Positions 1 to 9,389 of a stretch of DNA of 64,000 bases are shown here, in pieces. The notes beneath the pieces are model-generated. The model was not told the DNA's origin, made no database searches, and saw only the letters and a list, made by a program, of their open reading frames with translations. The stretch comes from a virus. The position numbers and the translations under genes were made by a program. The DNA lies in IMG/VR virus record IMGVR_UViG_3300028534_000025, positions 6,426-70,425 of that record; one strand, given 5' to 3'. Position 1 is the first letter of the stretch. Each line of letters starts with the position of its first letter.

Positions 1-58
1 GTGTTGGTATTATATTGATATATAATACCAATTAACAATTATTATAAAAGGAAACAAT

Positions 59-481
59 ATGTTTAAAGAAGCATCAAGATTAAAATTAAGATTTACAACA
101 ACAAGAGGAATGATTACAACTGAAGACTTATGGACACTTCCATTAAAATCAGAAGTTCAAACAACATTAGATTTAGATACAGTTGCTAGAAATATAGATT
201 CAGCATTAAATGGAGTACAAAAAAGTTTTGTTAAAACAGATTTAAATGCTAAAGAACAAAAAGAATTTGAATTAAATACTCTTAGAATGAATATTGTTAT
301 AAATATTATTGCAACAAAACAAGCTGAAGAAAAAGAAGCTAGAAAAGCTAAAGCAAAGTCATCAGAAAATGCGAGAAAAAGAGAACTTCTTAAAGAAGCA
401 ATTATAATTGAAGAAGCAAAAAAATTAGTTGATGGTAAATCATTGAAAGAACTTAAAAAAGAACTTAAAGAACTTTCGTAA
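59..481 (+). CDS. conserved phage hypothetical protein with coiled-coil C-terminus
   Basis: 140 aa ORF, AAGGA RBS; N-terminus (ASRLKLRF...EDLWTLPL) recalls a common phage family. Confidence 0.7.
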   Translation: MFKEASRLKLRFTTTRGMITTEDLWTLPLKSEVQTTLDLDTVARNIDSALNGVQKSFVKTDLNAKEQKEFELNTLRMNIVINIIATKQAEEKEARKAKAKSSENARKRELLKEAIIIEEAKKLVDGKSLKELKKELKELS

Positions 482-934
482 TGGGTTGCTGGAATGGAAC
501 ATGTGGAATATCTCGAAAGAGTATTTCTGCAGGTGAAAGGTTAAATTAGTTGTTATTAAAAATGAAGTAGAATTTCCAGAAGCATCTAGGTTTTGTTATT
601 TAACATCTCTAGCTTCACAAATTTCATTTATAATTGAAGGAACATATGATGAATATGGTTCTATTGAAAATATTGAAAGAACATCTAGTGTAAAATTATT
701 TTTAAAATATTTTAGAGATAGTTTAAAATCAGGTGTCATTGAGGATAATTGACTGGTAAGGGTTCACAAAGTTTTAATACTGTTGCATATAAAACATTAG
801 CACAATCACTATTAGATGAATGTTTAATAGAAGAATCTAAGTATGAAGAAGATGATTGGTATGAAGATAATTTACTCGTAACAGAAAAACCAGAAGAGTT
901 AATAATACTTGAGGAAGATAAACATGAGTGGTAA
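481..934 (+). pseudogene. frameshifted phage hypothetical gene (MGCWNGTCGIS... family)
   Basis: ATG at 481 overlaps the upstream stop; frame stops at 547-549; a -1 shift near 538 continues ...FCYL...IEGTYDEYGSIENI to TGA at about 752; a further fragment at 749-934. Confidence 0.5.
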
Positions 935-1127
935 AATGATAGTAAAAGATACCCATGTTATAAAATATGGTAAAAATAAAAATCTTTTAGAAAATGAAAA
1001 AGAATTATTAGAAGAATTAAGTTCTAAAGAAGACTTAAAAATCTTTTGTGATACACAAGGACATTGTAAAATTAATGGCGAAAATTATGAATTTCTAAAT
1101 TTAAGAATTTGTGCTAAAGTAAAATAA
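924..1127 (+). CDS. hypothetical protein
   Basis: ORF; GAGGA RBS before ATG 924. Confidence 0.55.
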   Translation: MSGKMIVKDTHVIKYGKNKNLLENEKELLEELSSKEDLKIFCDTQGHCKINGENYEFLNLRICAKVK

Positions 1128-1158
1128 ATTAAGTTAGTTCTCTAGGGATATCGAAAAG

Positions 1159-1170
1159 TATTTCTATACT
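1159..1170 (+). promoter_or_regulatory. putative promoter, TATTTC-TATACT
   Basis: recurrent intergenic motif containing a -10-like hexamer. Confidence 0.45.
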
Positions 1171-1295
1171 AACTTTATAAAATTTATGATAATATAAGCC
1201 ATGAATTAATGATTTAAATATTATAACACTGAGTTATATGTGTTTAATATACATATATAAGATTATATCTTAGAGATATCAAAAAGGAAAAAAGA

Positions 1296-1769
1296 ATGGA
1301 AAATATAGTTTTAATTAATGATAAATTTTTATTAGAAGATATTGATTTAACTTTTAAAGATAAAGTTGAATTTAAATTTAATGATAAAAATCTAATTAGA
1401 AAATTAGTAGACGATGAGTATGATACCATAACAATTCAAAAATTTGAAAATAACATTTGGGAAAATGTTGAAATAGAATATGAAGGATTAGTAATACAAG
1501 TTAAAAGATATAACTATATGTCAAAAGATATATATTTACTATTTTTAACTAAAAATAGTAATCCAATAATATTTCTAAAATGTAATTTAGAAAATAATAT
1601 TGAAACTGAATGGATAAAAAATAATTTAAATGAATATTTTTATTTAGAAAATGAAGATATTGAAAATTTTATATTAGAAAATATAAAATTACAAAATGAG
1701 TTAATGAAAAAGAATAGTTTTGTTTCATATGAAACAAAAGATAGTTTAACAATAAATTTAGAGGAATAA
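1296..1769 (+). CDS. hypothetical protein
   Basis: 157 aa ORF with AAGGA RBS. Confidence 0.65.
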   Translation: MENIVLINDKFLLEDIDLTFKDKVEFKFNDKNLIRKLVDDEYDTITIQKFENNIWENVEIEYEGLVIQVKRYNYMSKDIYLLFLTKNSNPIIFLKCNLENNIETEWIKNNLNEYFYLENEDIENFILENIKLQNELMKKNSFVSYETKDSLTINLEE

Positions 1770-1773
1770 AATA

Positions 1774-1983
1774 ATGTTATTAGATAATGCAGAAATAATA
1801 GATAGTTATTTTGATGGAGAAAGTTATTTAGTTATTCCATTATCGGAAGAAAAGAATCCAGATTTAGGAATAATTAAAATAGAAGTGCTGGATAAATATG
1901 ATCCAGATAATACTAAAAGTAATAAATGGAATATGATATATCAATTATTTATAGATAAAAAATATACAAAAGGAGAATATTAA
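1774..1983 (+). CDS. hypothetical protein
   Basis: 69 aa ORF, GAGGA RBS, tight packing. Confidence 0.6.
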   Translation: MLLDNAEIIDSYFDGESYLVIPLSEEKNPDLGIIKIEVLDKYDPDNTKSNKWNMIYQLFIDKKYTKGEY

Positions 1984-1984
1984 A

Positions 1985-2458
1985 ATGGAAGAAAAAGAAG
2001 TAAAAAAAGGTACATTAGCAAATGCTATTGCATTAGCTAGTAGATTATTTGAAAGAGAAAAATTTAATGATAAATCAGATCAACCTTATATATTGCATTG
2101 TTTAGAAGTTCGTAGAAATGTAATGAAATATGAAGATGTTGATTTAGAAATTGCTGCAGTATTACATGATGTTGTTGAAGATACTCATTATACTTTAGAT
2201 ATGTTAAGAATAGAAGGTTATTCAGAAAGAGTTGTGAATATTGTAGATGGTTTAACTAGAAGATTTGATAAGGGTGAAAGTTATGATGATTTTATATCTC
2301 GGATATTAAATTCACAAGATAATATTAAAGTGAAAATGGGTGATATTGAACATAATAGTTTAATATTAAGATTAAAAGGAATCAGACAAAAAGATTTAGA
2401 TAGAGTTGTAAAATATAGTAAAGCATATTATATTTTAAAAAGTCATTTAAAAAGATAA
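1985..2458 (+). CDS. HD-domain phosphohydrolase, RelA/SpoT-hydrolase (Mesh1/SAH)-like
   Basis: PYILHC, AAVLHDVVEDT, V..LT and VKMGDIEHN motifs. Confidence 0.85.
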   Translation: MEEKEVKKGTLANAIALASRLFEREKFNDKSDQPYILHCLEVRRNVMKYEDVDLEIAAVLHDVVEDTHYTLDMLRIEGYSERVVNIVDGLTRRFDKGESYDDFISRILNSQDNIKVKMGDIEHNSLILRLKGIRQKDLDRVVKYSKAYYILKSHLKR

Positions 2459-2466
2459 GGTTTTTT

Positions 2467-2760
2467 ATGAAAAAAAGTATTAAGAGAAAAGATATTAAAA
2501 AATTTTTAGAAGATCAAAATTTTTTAAAGATAAATAATACATATTCAATATATAATGATAAACGAAAAAAAGGTAGAAGAATTAAAATAACTAAATGTAT
2601 AATTAATTCTTCAGATAATTTGGATAAGATTAATTTTATATTATCTCTTGAAGAATTATTAAATTCTTTTAAAGAAGAATTACTATTTCATGATATAATT
2701 GAAAAAAAAGATGTTGATGAAAAATATGTTATTATACAATTAAAAAAAAAGGATAAATAA
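2467..2760 (+). CDS. hypothetical protein
   Basis: 97 aa ORF in gene run. Confidence 0.6.
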   Translation: MKKSIKRKDIKKFLEDQNFLKINNTYSIYNDKRKKGRRIKITKCIINSSDNLDKINFILSLEELLNSFKEELLFHDIIEKKDVDEKYVIIQLKKKDK

Positions 2761-2939
2761 TGGATGTTATATTAGATATTGTAGTGTTATTTTGTATTTG
2801 TATTGGATTATTAATGATGAGAATTGGTTATAAAATAATAAATAATAATGAAGAATCATACATTGATGATGAATTAAAGATATGTTCAAAATGTGATTCT
2901 ATACTAGGTAAAGGAAGTTGTGAAGAATGTTTGAAGTAA
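2760..2939 (+). CDS. small membrane protein with CxxC-CxxC motif (not in ORF track)
   Basis: 59 aa MDVILDIVVLFCICIGLLMM...CSKC...CEEC; AAGGA RBS; fills the gap. Confidence 0.6.
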   Translation: MDVILDIVVLFCICIGLLMMRIGYKIINNNEESYIDDELKICSKCDSILGKGSCEECLK

Positions 2940-3214
2940 TAAATAAATTAAAATATGATTTTGTAGATGTAATTGAAAGATATGCGAAACAAAATCCTCA
3001 TGAAGGTGAGAAAATTGAATTATTAAAATATGAATATTATATTAATAATAGATTAGATTATAAAACAGTAAATGAAATTATTGGAAATACATCATGGACA
3101 GATCAAATATGTATGAAATGTGATACATCATATAATGAAGTACTTCATATAAATAAAGATAATGGTGCACCAATTACAATTTGTAAAAAGTGTTTATTAA
3201 AAGATATATTATAA
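2927..3214 (+). CDS. hypothetical zinc-ribbon protein
   Basis: CMKC...CKKC. Confidence 0.6.
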   Translation: MFEVINKLKYDFVDVIERYAKQNPHEGEKIELLKYEYYINNRLDYKTVNEIIGNTSWTDQICMKCDTSYNEVLHINKDNGAPITICKKCLLKDIL

Positions 3215-3233
3215 ACGAGGAAGTTAATATAAG

Positions 3234-4532
3234 ATGGGAAAAATAGGTAAAAGTGGATATAAAGGTATTCAAGAAGTAATAAAAGATAATAATATATATG
3301 GTTATAAAATAGCATATAATCCAAAAATAAATAGTGGTCATTCTAATAAACTTTTTAGATGTGATAAATTTTTGAATCCATTAGATGAAGCTTTAAAATA
3401 CTTAAAAAGTTTTTATCCAGATTATATAAACTCTTATATTAATAAAATACCAAATACAAAAATAGAAGATGTTAAACCACTAAAAAATAGTATCAAATTA
3501 AATACTATTAAAATTAATTTTAACCATAGATGGAGTGAAATGGAAAATATTGTGTTTCCATTCTATAATGGAAAAATATTAGTAATTGGTAAAAGTGAGA
3601 AAAAAACAATATGTCAATGTTCTAATTGTGATAAATTATATAAAATGCGATTATTAAAAAACGCAGAATCAAAATATCATGAAAAATGTAACTATTGTCG
3701 TTCACTTTTACATGATAAATTTGAGCCAACATTAGATCCGGATACAAGAATAGAAATATTTAAAAAGAAAAATAATATTATTGGGAAATTTCCAATAATA
3801 TGGAAAAAAAATAAAATATTAGATATTGATTTTTTTGATGGAAATATACAAGTATTAAAAGAATGTTATGGTTGTCAAAAACATATATATTTAGTTGAAC
3901 AAACAATGACTCATAATAAATATTGTAAATCATGTGATAATAAAAATAATCAAAAATTACCAAAATCTGGTTTTAAAGGTATTGCTATATATGATGAAAA
4001 AAAAATAATACTTTCACATATAAGTATTAATAAAAAAAATATATATTATTTTTATTTTCAAAAAGTATATAAAAATGAGCAAGAGAAAAATATAATGTTA
4101 AAATGGGTCGCTATTTATAGAGATTATTTAATTTATAAAAATAATTTATTATTTAGTACAAATTTTACAAGAAAAGAAATTAAAGAATTAATTAAAGATT
4201 TTGATTTTAATAAATATCCTGTAAAAATTATAAATGAAAATTTAAAATTATTTAATTCAGCTAAACAAAAAATACATACAATGACTGCTACTATAAGTGC
4301 GTTTGGAAATCCTACACAAAAAGTAGATTATAAAACGATTGCATTTGAAAATATAGAATATAAAGGTAAATTAACATTTAGGGATCATGCATGGTGTATG
4401 AGACCACATGATTTAAAAGATATTAAAATTGGTACTATGGTTCAATTTGATTGTAATATATACAATTATCATGGAAAACAATCATTAATGAATATACAAA
4501 ATATTAAAATATTAAACAAAAAAGGAAAATAA
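3234..4532 (+). CDS. multi-domain putative DNA-binding protein (two SGY/FKGI AP2-associated-like motifs, Cys clusters); possible homing-endonuclease derivative
   Basis: KSGYKGI and KSGFKGI motifs; CQCSNC..CNYC and CYGC..CKSC. Confidence 0.45.
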   Translation: MGKIGKSGYKGIQEVIKDNNIYGYKIAYNPKINSGHSNKLFRCDKFLNPLDEALKYLKSFYPDYINSYINKIPNTKIEDVKPLKNSIKLNTIKINFNHRWSEMENIVFPFYNGKILVIGKSEKKTICQCSNCDKLYKMRLLKNAESKYHEKCNYCRSLLHDKFEPTLDPDTRIEIFKKKNNIIGKFPIIWKKNKILDIDFFDGNIQVLKECYGCQKHIYLVEQTMTHNKYCKSCDNKNNQKLPKSGFKGIAIYDEKKIILSHISINKKNIYYFYFQKVYKNEQEKNIMLKWVAIYRDYLIYKNNLLFSTNFTRKEIKELIKDFDFNKYPVKIINENLKLFNSAKQKIHTMTATISAFGNPTQKVDYKTIAFENIEYKGKLTFRDHAWCMRPHDLKDIKIGTMVQFDCNIYNYHGKQSLMNIQNIKILNKKGK

Positions 4533-4876
4533 TGAATAATTATAATAACATGAATAAAAATGAAAAATATTTGAATATTCAAAATAATATTCAAATATAT
4601 AAAGATGGAGTATTACAAAATATAAAAGAAGATGCAAATGAAGTATTAATATATACTGTTTCAAGTATGTGTAATAATAAACACACATTTAAATTTTTTA
4701 AAAATGATAATAATCAATTTAGAGTATCTGCTGGTATTAAATCTTTAAAAAATTTTGGTATGAAAAATGATTATGTAAATGATTTAGAATGGTCTGCAGA
4801 TGAAGGAAATTGGGAAAAGGTTATTGATATTATAAACAAAGGCTATCAATTAGTATATGCTGCAAGAAGTAGATAA
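4532..4876 (+). CDS. hypothetical protein
   Basis: 114 aa ORF with RBS. Confidence 0.65.
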   Translation: MNNYNNMNKNEKYLNIQNNIQIYKDGVLQNIKEDANEVLIYTVSSMCNNKHTFKFFKNDNNQFRVSAGIKSLKNFGMKNDYVNDLEWSADEGNWEKVIDIINKGYQLVYAARSR

Positions 4877-4888
4877 AAAGGAATAAAA

Positions 4889-6175
4889 ATGAAAGATTGT
4901 ATAATAGTGCAAAGTGCTAAAGGTGGAGTAGGTAAAAGTACTGTATCTGAAGGACTTGCGAAACAATATGCTAAAAAAGGAAATGTTGCAATACTTGATT
5001 TAGATATCAGTACACCAAATATTAATATATATAATGATAATATTAGAATTATTAATTCACCTATTACACAAAATTTATCTAAAACACGTATTAAAAAATT
5101 TATTAGAGATGCATTAAAAGAGTGTAGAGAACAAGAAATTGATTATCTAATAATAGATACACCTCCTACTATTAATGACTCATATTTCGCAATTAATGAA
5201 GTAATACTATATGCTAAAATATTATTTGTAACTACACCTAGTAAAAATGCTATAAATGATACAGCAATAGGTATTAGATTTTTTGCTAGAAATAAGTTGA
5301 TACCTATAGGTATTGTTCAAAATATGATTGGTGAACATTTTGGAAAAGAATTTGATAGTTTTGAAGAATTTAATTTACCCACTATTGGTATATTAAAATT
5401 AGAAAAAGATCAGAAAAAATTAGAAAATGTATTTGAAAAAATAGTTAAAACAATTGATAATATTGATTGTAAACCATTTAAATATAATGAAGAAGTATTT
5501 AATTTAGTAATGAATAATATAACTTTAAAAGAAGTTAAAGCAAGTTATATTGATTTACCTAAAAAATTTTATAATTTAGAAACATGGGATTATATTAGAG
5601 AAAAAGAATTAGAAAAAATACCTTATAAACTTAATGATCCAGTTTATAATATAACATCAGATGAAATTAAAAATATAATTTCATATGGTGAAAGTTGCTA
5701 TGTTAGATTAATAAAAGAATCATCTTTAAAACAAAGAACATATTTTGGAGAAATTAGAGAAGCTAAAATTATTTATGATAATAGTGTTTCTAAAGGAACT
5801 CCAATGTTCTTAATTGAAGATTTAGGATATTTATGGTATCATGAAATAGCTATAATTGATGATAAAGAGTTAGCAATGAATATAAAAGAAGGTATGTTTC
5901 AAATATCTCAAGGAAGATATATTTTTAATTTATCATATACTGTTCATTTAAAAAGAATGTTTGATAGACAATTTACAATTGAGCGAGAATATAAGATGAT
6001 TCAAGATTTTTTTAAAGATTTTGGAACAATGGATATAGATCATGAATATATGATAGGAATGTATTGTTCTTTAGAAGAAGTTAAAGAAGAACATACTGAA
6101 GAAAATTTATGGAGTAATTTGGAAGATTATCCAGAACATAAAGAAATAGTAAAAAAAATAATAGAATTGATATAA
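4889..6175 (+). CDS. SIMIBI P-loop ATPase (ParA/MinD/Mrp family) with unknown C-terminal domain
   Basis: deviant Walker A KGGVGKST, DLD, IIDTPP, VTTP, GIVQNM. Confidence 0.85.
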   Translation: MKDCIIVQSAKGGVGKSTVSEGLAKQYAKKGNVAILDLDISTPNINIYNDNIRIINSPITQNLSKTRIKKFIRDALKECREQEIDYLIIDTPPTINDSYFAINEVILYAKILFVTTPSKNAINDTAIGIRFFARNKLIPIGIVQNMIGEHFGKEFDSFEEFNLPTIGILKLEKDQKKLENVFEKIVKTIDNIDCKPFKYNEEVFNLVMNNITLKEVKASYIDLPKKFYNLETWDYIREKELEKIPYKLNDPVYNITSDEIKNIISYGESCYVRLIKESSLKQRTYFGEIREAKIIYDNSVSKGTPMFLIEDLGYLWYHEIAIIDDKELAMNIKEGMFQISQGRYIFNLSYTVHLKRMFDRQFTIEREYKMIQDFFKDFGTMDIDHEYMIGMYCSLEEVKEEHTEENLWSNLEDYPEHKEIVKKIIELI

Positions 6176-6191
6176 TAATTGGAGAATAAAT

Positions 6192-6350
6192 ATGAGCAAT
6201 TTTGAAGCATTTGATTATGTAAAAGACGAAGCGTTATTAATTAGTAATAAAGAGTTAGCTAAAAAATTTTTAAAAAAATATCCTGATTTAAAAAAATATA
6301 TTGATAAAAATATTTTAGAAGAAATTGAAATGGAAATAAAATGCAATTAG
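6192..6350 (+). CDS. small hypothetical protein (not in ORF track)
   Basis: 52 aa MSNFEAFDY..., GGAG RBS. Confidence 0.55.
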   Translation: MSNFEAFDYVKDEALLISNKELAKKFLKKYPDLKKYIDKNILEEIEMEIKCN

Positions 6351-6520
6351 ATAGATTACAAAAAGATTTATTACATAATGTATTATCATCAATAATCGAC
6401 GAAGATATTATACAAGATAAAATAGATGAAATGGATTCAATAACTTTTAATGAAGAAGATGGAAAAGAAGCAGTAATTGTAGTAGAAGAATATCTACAAA
6501 ATATTATAAATAAATTATAA
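6341..6520 (+). CDS. small acidic hypothetical protein (not in ORF track)
   Basis: 59 aa MQLDRLQKDLL..., overlaps previous ORF. Confidence 0.55.
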   Translation: MQLDRLQKDLLHNVLSSIIDEDIIQDKIDEMDSITFNEEDGKEAVIVVEEYLQNIINKL

Positions 6521-6531
6521 AAGGAAATAAA

Positions 6532-7074
6532 ATGAAAAATATAACAATAGATGATAAATTTGATCAGGTTATAGTATGGCCTGGTACAATGTTAAAAGAA
6601 GAAGAAGAAATAAATGATTTCAAACAATTTATAAAAAAAGAAGCTGGATTAGATTGTCAATATTTAGAGCAAATAAAAACATTGCCTAATAAAAATGGTC
6701 CAGGAGGAAGAAATGATTTATTTTTTGCAATAAATACAAATGATTTAACTGATTTTGTAATTTTAAAAATGAAACTAGGTCTAAGATATATTGAGGATAT
6801 TTATTCTGATATAAATGATAAAGAAGGATATGAAATATATCCAGATAGAGTAAGAGATTATATGGTTTGGGATGCAAATTATGATAATATTAATTTTATG
6901 GAAGAAGTAACAGAATATTGTGAAGATATGGATAGATTAAATTTATATAAATGGATATATAAATTTAAATTAAATGAATATAGATATAATACAGATGATA
7001 AAGCATCAAGAAGAGCAAATAAATTTTGCGTGAAATATACAAATATAATATATAATAAATTAAATAAAATGTAA
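6532..7074 (+). CDS. hypothetical protein
   Basis: 180 aa ORF, AAGGA RBS, GPGGRNDLFF motif. Confidence 0.7.
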   Translation: MKNITIDDKFDQVIVWPGTMLKEEEEINDFKQFIKKEAGLDCQYLEQIKTLPNKNGPGGRNDLFFAINTNDLTDFVILKMKLGLRYIEDIYSDINDKEGYEIYPDRVRDYMVWDANYDNINFMEEVTEYCEDMDRLNLYKWIYKFKLNEYRYNTDDKASRRANKFCVKYTNIIYNKLNKM

Positions 7075-7078
7075 TATT

Positions 7079-7408
7079 ATGAGTATTTTAAAAAAGCATA
7101 AAACATTACATATACATTTTACAAGTTATAATTATATGAGTATTAATAGAGATTTTGTAAATGCTATTTATATGGATAGGAAAGATACAAATGCTTGGTT
7201 AATTTTAGTAAATGATACATTATATAATGTAAGAAAATTAATATATGCAGTTGATTTTAATGAACATATTGAAGTTGTTAGATTAAGAAAATCAACTTAT
7301 AGATTATGTAAAGCAACTAAAAAAGAGATACAAAAATGTAAACAAGTTATTAGTAATATTATTCCATCTAAAAAGTCAAAAAAAGTATATGTATATATTA
7401 AAGTATAA
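7079..7408 (+). CDS. hypothetical protein
   Basis: 109 aa ORF. Confidence 0.6.
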   Translation: MSILKKHKTLHIHFTSYNYMSINRDFVNAIYMDRKDTNAWLILVNDTLYNVRKLIYAVDFNEHIEVVRLRKSTYRLCKATKKEIQKCKQVISNIIPSKKSKKVYVYIKV

Positions 7409-7418
7409 GGATTAATAT

Positions 7419-7730
7419 ATGATAAGAATGAAATTAGATATAGAAGAATGTAGAAGTCTTAGGGATTATATTAAATTTATACCATTTAGTGTAGATTCTT
7501 TAAAAAATGTAGTATTGGGATTTATGTTAAATCGTAATATTATAGGAGATTCAGAAAATATAATAGAAGAATGTCAATTTATAGTATATGATGTTATTAA
7601 TAAAGGAACTATATCTTTAATTGATTTAAAGATATATATTGAACAATTAGATGTTATTTTTATGTCTATATATACAGAAGAAATAATAATGCAAAAAATT
7701 AATGAAGGAATAAAAGATGAAATTATTTAA
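7419..7730 (+). CDS. hypothetical protein
   Basis: 103 aa ORF with RBS. Confidence 0.6.
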   Translation: MIRMKLDIEECRSLRDYIKFIPFSVDSLKNVVLGFMLNRNIIGDSENIIEECQFIVYDVINKGTISLIDLKIYIEQLDVIFMSIYTEEIIMQKINEGIKDEII

Positions 7731-8232
7731 CCCGTGTGATGGATCAGAATATGATTCGATAATACATGAAAAATTATTAGAAGATTTAAAATTTATAGTA
7801 GAATATAATAATACTGCTGGAAATTTAAATTTATGTAACTTTGATGATCAATTAAAAACTAATAATCCACAAAATAATAAAACTATAGAAATAATGATTG
7901 AAAAAAAGTTTGAATTAATTACTAGAATTGTTCAAGGAGATTATATATATTTCTATGTTACTATAGAAGGAGATGAAGTAATTATTTTATTAAAAGGTAA
8001 TTATGATGGATATTTATTAAGTTGTAATAATGATGTTTTATTAAAATTAAAAAATACAAATATTATAGATATAAAACATACTTGGTGTAATACAAATTTT
8101 CAACAAGAAGATGAATTTCATATCGAATGTGAAAAAATTTCTTATAACAAAGAAAATGATTTTAATAAATGTTGGAAAATATTGGATAATTTTTATATAG
8201 GTAAAGATGATTGTGATCAATATCAAGATTAA
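7717..8232 (+). CDS. hypothetical protein
   Basis: 171 aa ORF with RBS. Confidence 0.65.
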   Translation: MKLFNPCDGSEYDSIIHEKLLEDLKFIVEYNNTAGNLNLCNFDDQLKTNNPQNNKTIEIMIEKKFELITRIVQGDYIYFYVTIEGDEVIILLKGNYDGYLLSCNNDVLLKLKNTNIIDIKHTWCNTNFQQEDEFHIECEKISYNKENDFNKCWKILDNFYIGKDDCDQYQD

Positions 8233-8264
8233 AAAAAATAATAAGAAATATTTTAAGGATAAAA

Positions 8265-9056
8265 ATGAAAACATATAAATTTGAAGAATTAAGTAATGAT
8301 CAACAACAGATACTAATTGATAGAAAAATTAAACATAATAATGATGAATTTGAAGTTGATTGTGTTGATTGGTTTTTAATCAAATGTAAAGAAAGAGGAT
8401 TTGAAGTTGAAGAATCAGATATTAGTTATTCTGGTTTTTCAAATCAAGGTGATGGAGCAAGCTTTATTGGAAATGTTGATATGAAAATATTTATGAAATA
8501 TTTAGAAGATAAAAAAGATATAATTGTTTCAAATGAAGTTAGAAAATTTTATATTGATTCAATATGTACAATATTTAGAAAATCTTCAAATTATTATCAT
8601 TCAAATACATGTGCTGTTGATTTTGAATATAATTCAGAAGAAGATTGTAATGATGATTCAATTGAACAATTAGTAGAAGATTCTAGACAAGAATTATGTA
8701 GTGAATTTTATAATACAATTGAAAATATGTGGAATGATGGGCAAAATGAAGATAAAGTAAAACAATTAATTATTGAAGATAATTATTGGTATGATGATGA
8801 ATTAAATGATTATATAGATAAACCTTATCCAATATATGACTATAATATTTTTTTACATGCTGATAAGATTAAAGAAAATAATTTAAGTTTAAATGATGTT
8901 AAAGAAATTGCTGCTTTACAAGCAGAAATAATTTGGCAATTAAATAAGTTAGAAGATGAAAAAAATGATAACAATCTCGTATTAATTAATAATAGAATTT
9001 CTAGTTGTTGTTTTAAAATATCAGTATTATATGAAAATACAAAAATAAAGGAATAA
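8265..9056 (+). CDS. conserved phage hypothetical protein
   Basis: YKFEELS and YSGFSNQGDGASF motifs recall a common phage family. Confidence 0.7.
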   Translation: MKTYKFEELSNDQQQILIDRKIKHNNDEFEVDCVDWFLIKCKERGFEVEESDISYSGFSNQGDGASFIGNVDMKIFMKYLEDKKDIIVSNEVRKFYIDSICTIFRKSSNYYHSNTCAVDFEYNSEEDCNDDSIEQLVEDSRQELCSEFYNTIENMWNDGQNEDKVKQLIIEDNYWYDDELNDYIDKPYPIYDYNIFLHADKIKENNLSLNDVKEIAALQAEIIWQLNKLEDEKNDNNLVLINNRISSCCFKISVLYENTKIKE

Positions 9057-9059
9057 TAT

Positions 9060-9389
9060 ATGTTTTATAAAAAAAATGATATAATAAAAATATCAGGAAG
9101 TCATGCAAATAAAATTTTAAATATGTTTAATATGTGTCCATCTAAAGTTGATACAATTGTATCATTTTTTAATGAAAACATATATATTGAAAAATTAAAA
9201 AATTTAAAAAAAGAAAATTTAATTTTAAAAACACAAAATAATATTGTTAAAATCAATTCAAACAAAAAGGATATTTTAATTGAAAAACAAAATGATGAGA
9301 TATATATTTTAAAAAATCAAATTTATAGGTTACAACAGAATATTGTTGAAATAGAAAGAATTAATAATTATGTAAAAGGAAAATTATAA
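9060..9389 (+). CDS. hypothetical coiled-coil protein
   Basis: 109 aa ORF. Confidence 0.6.
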   Translation: MFYKKNDIIKISGSHANKILNMFNMCPSKVDTIVSFFNENIYIEKLKNLKKENLILKTQNNIVKINSNKKDILIEKQNDEIYILKNQIYRLQQNIVEIERINNYVKGKL

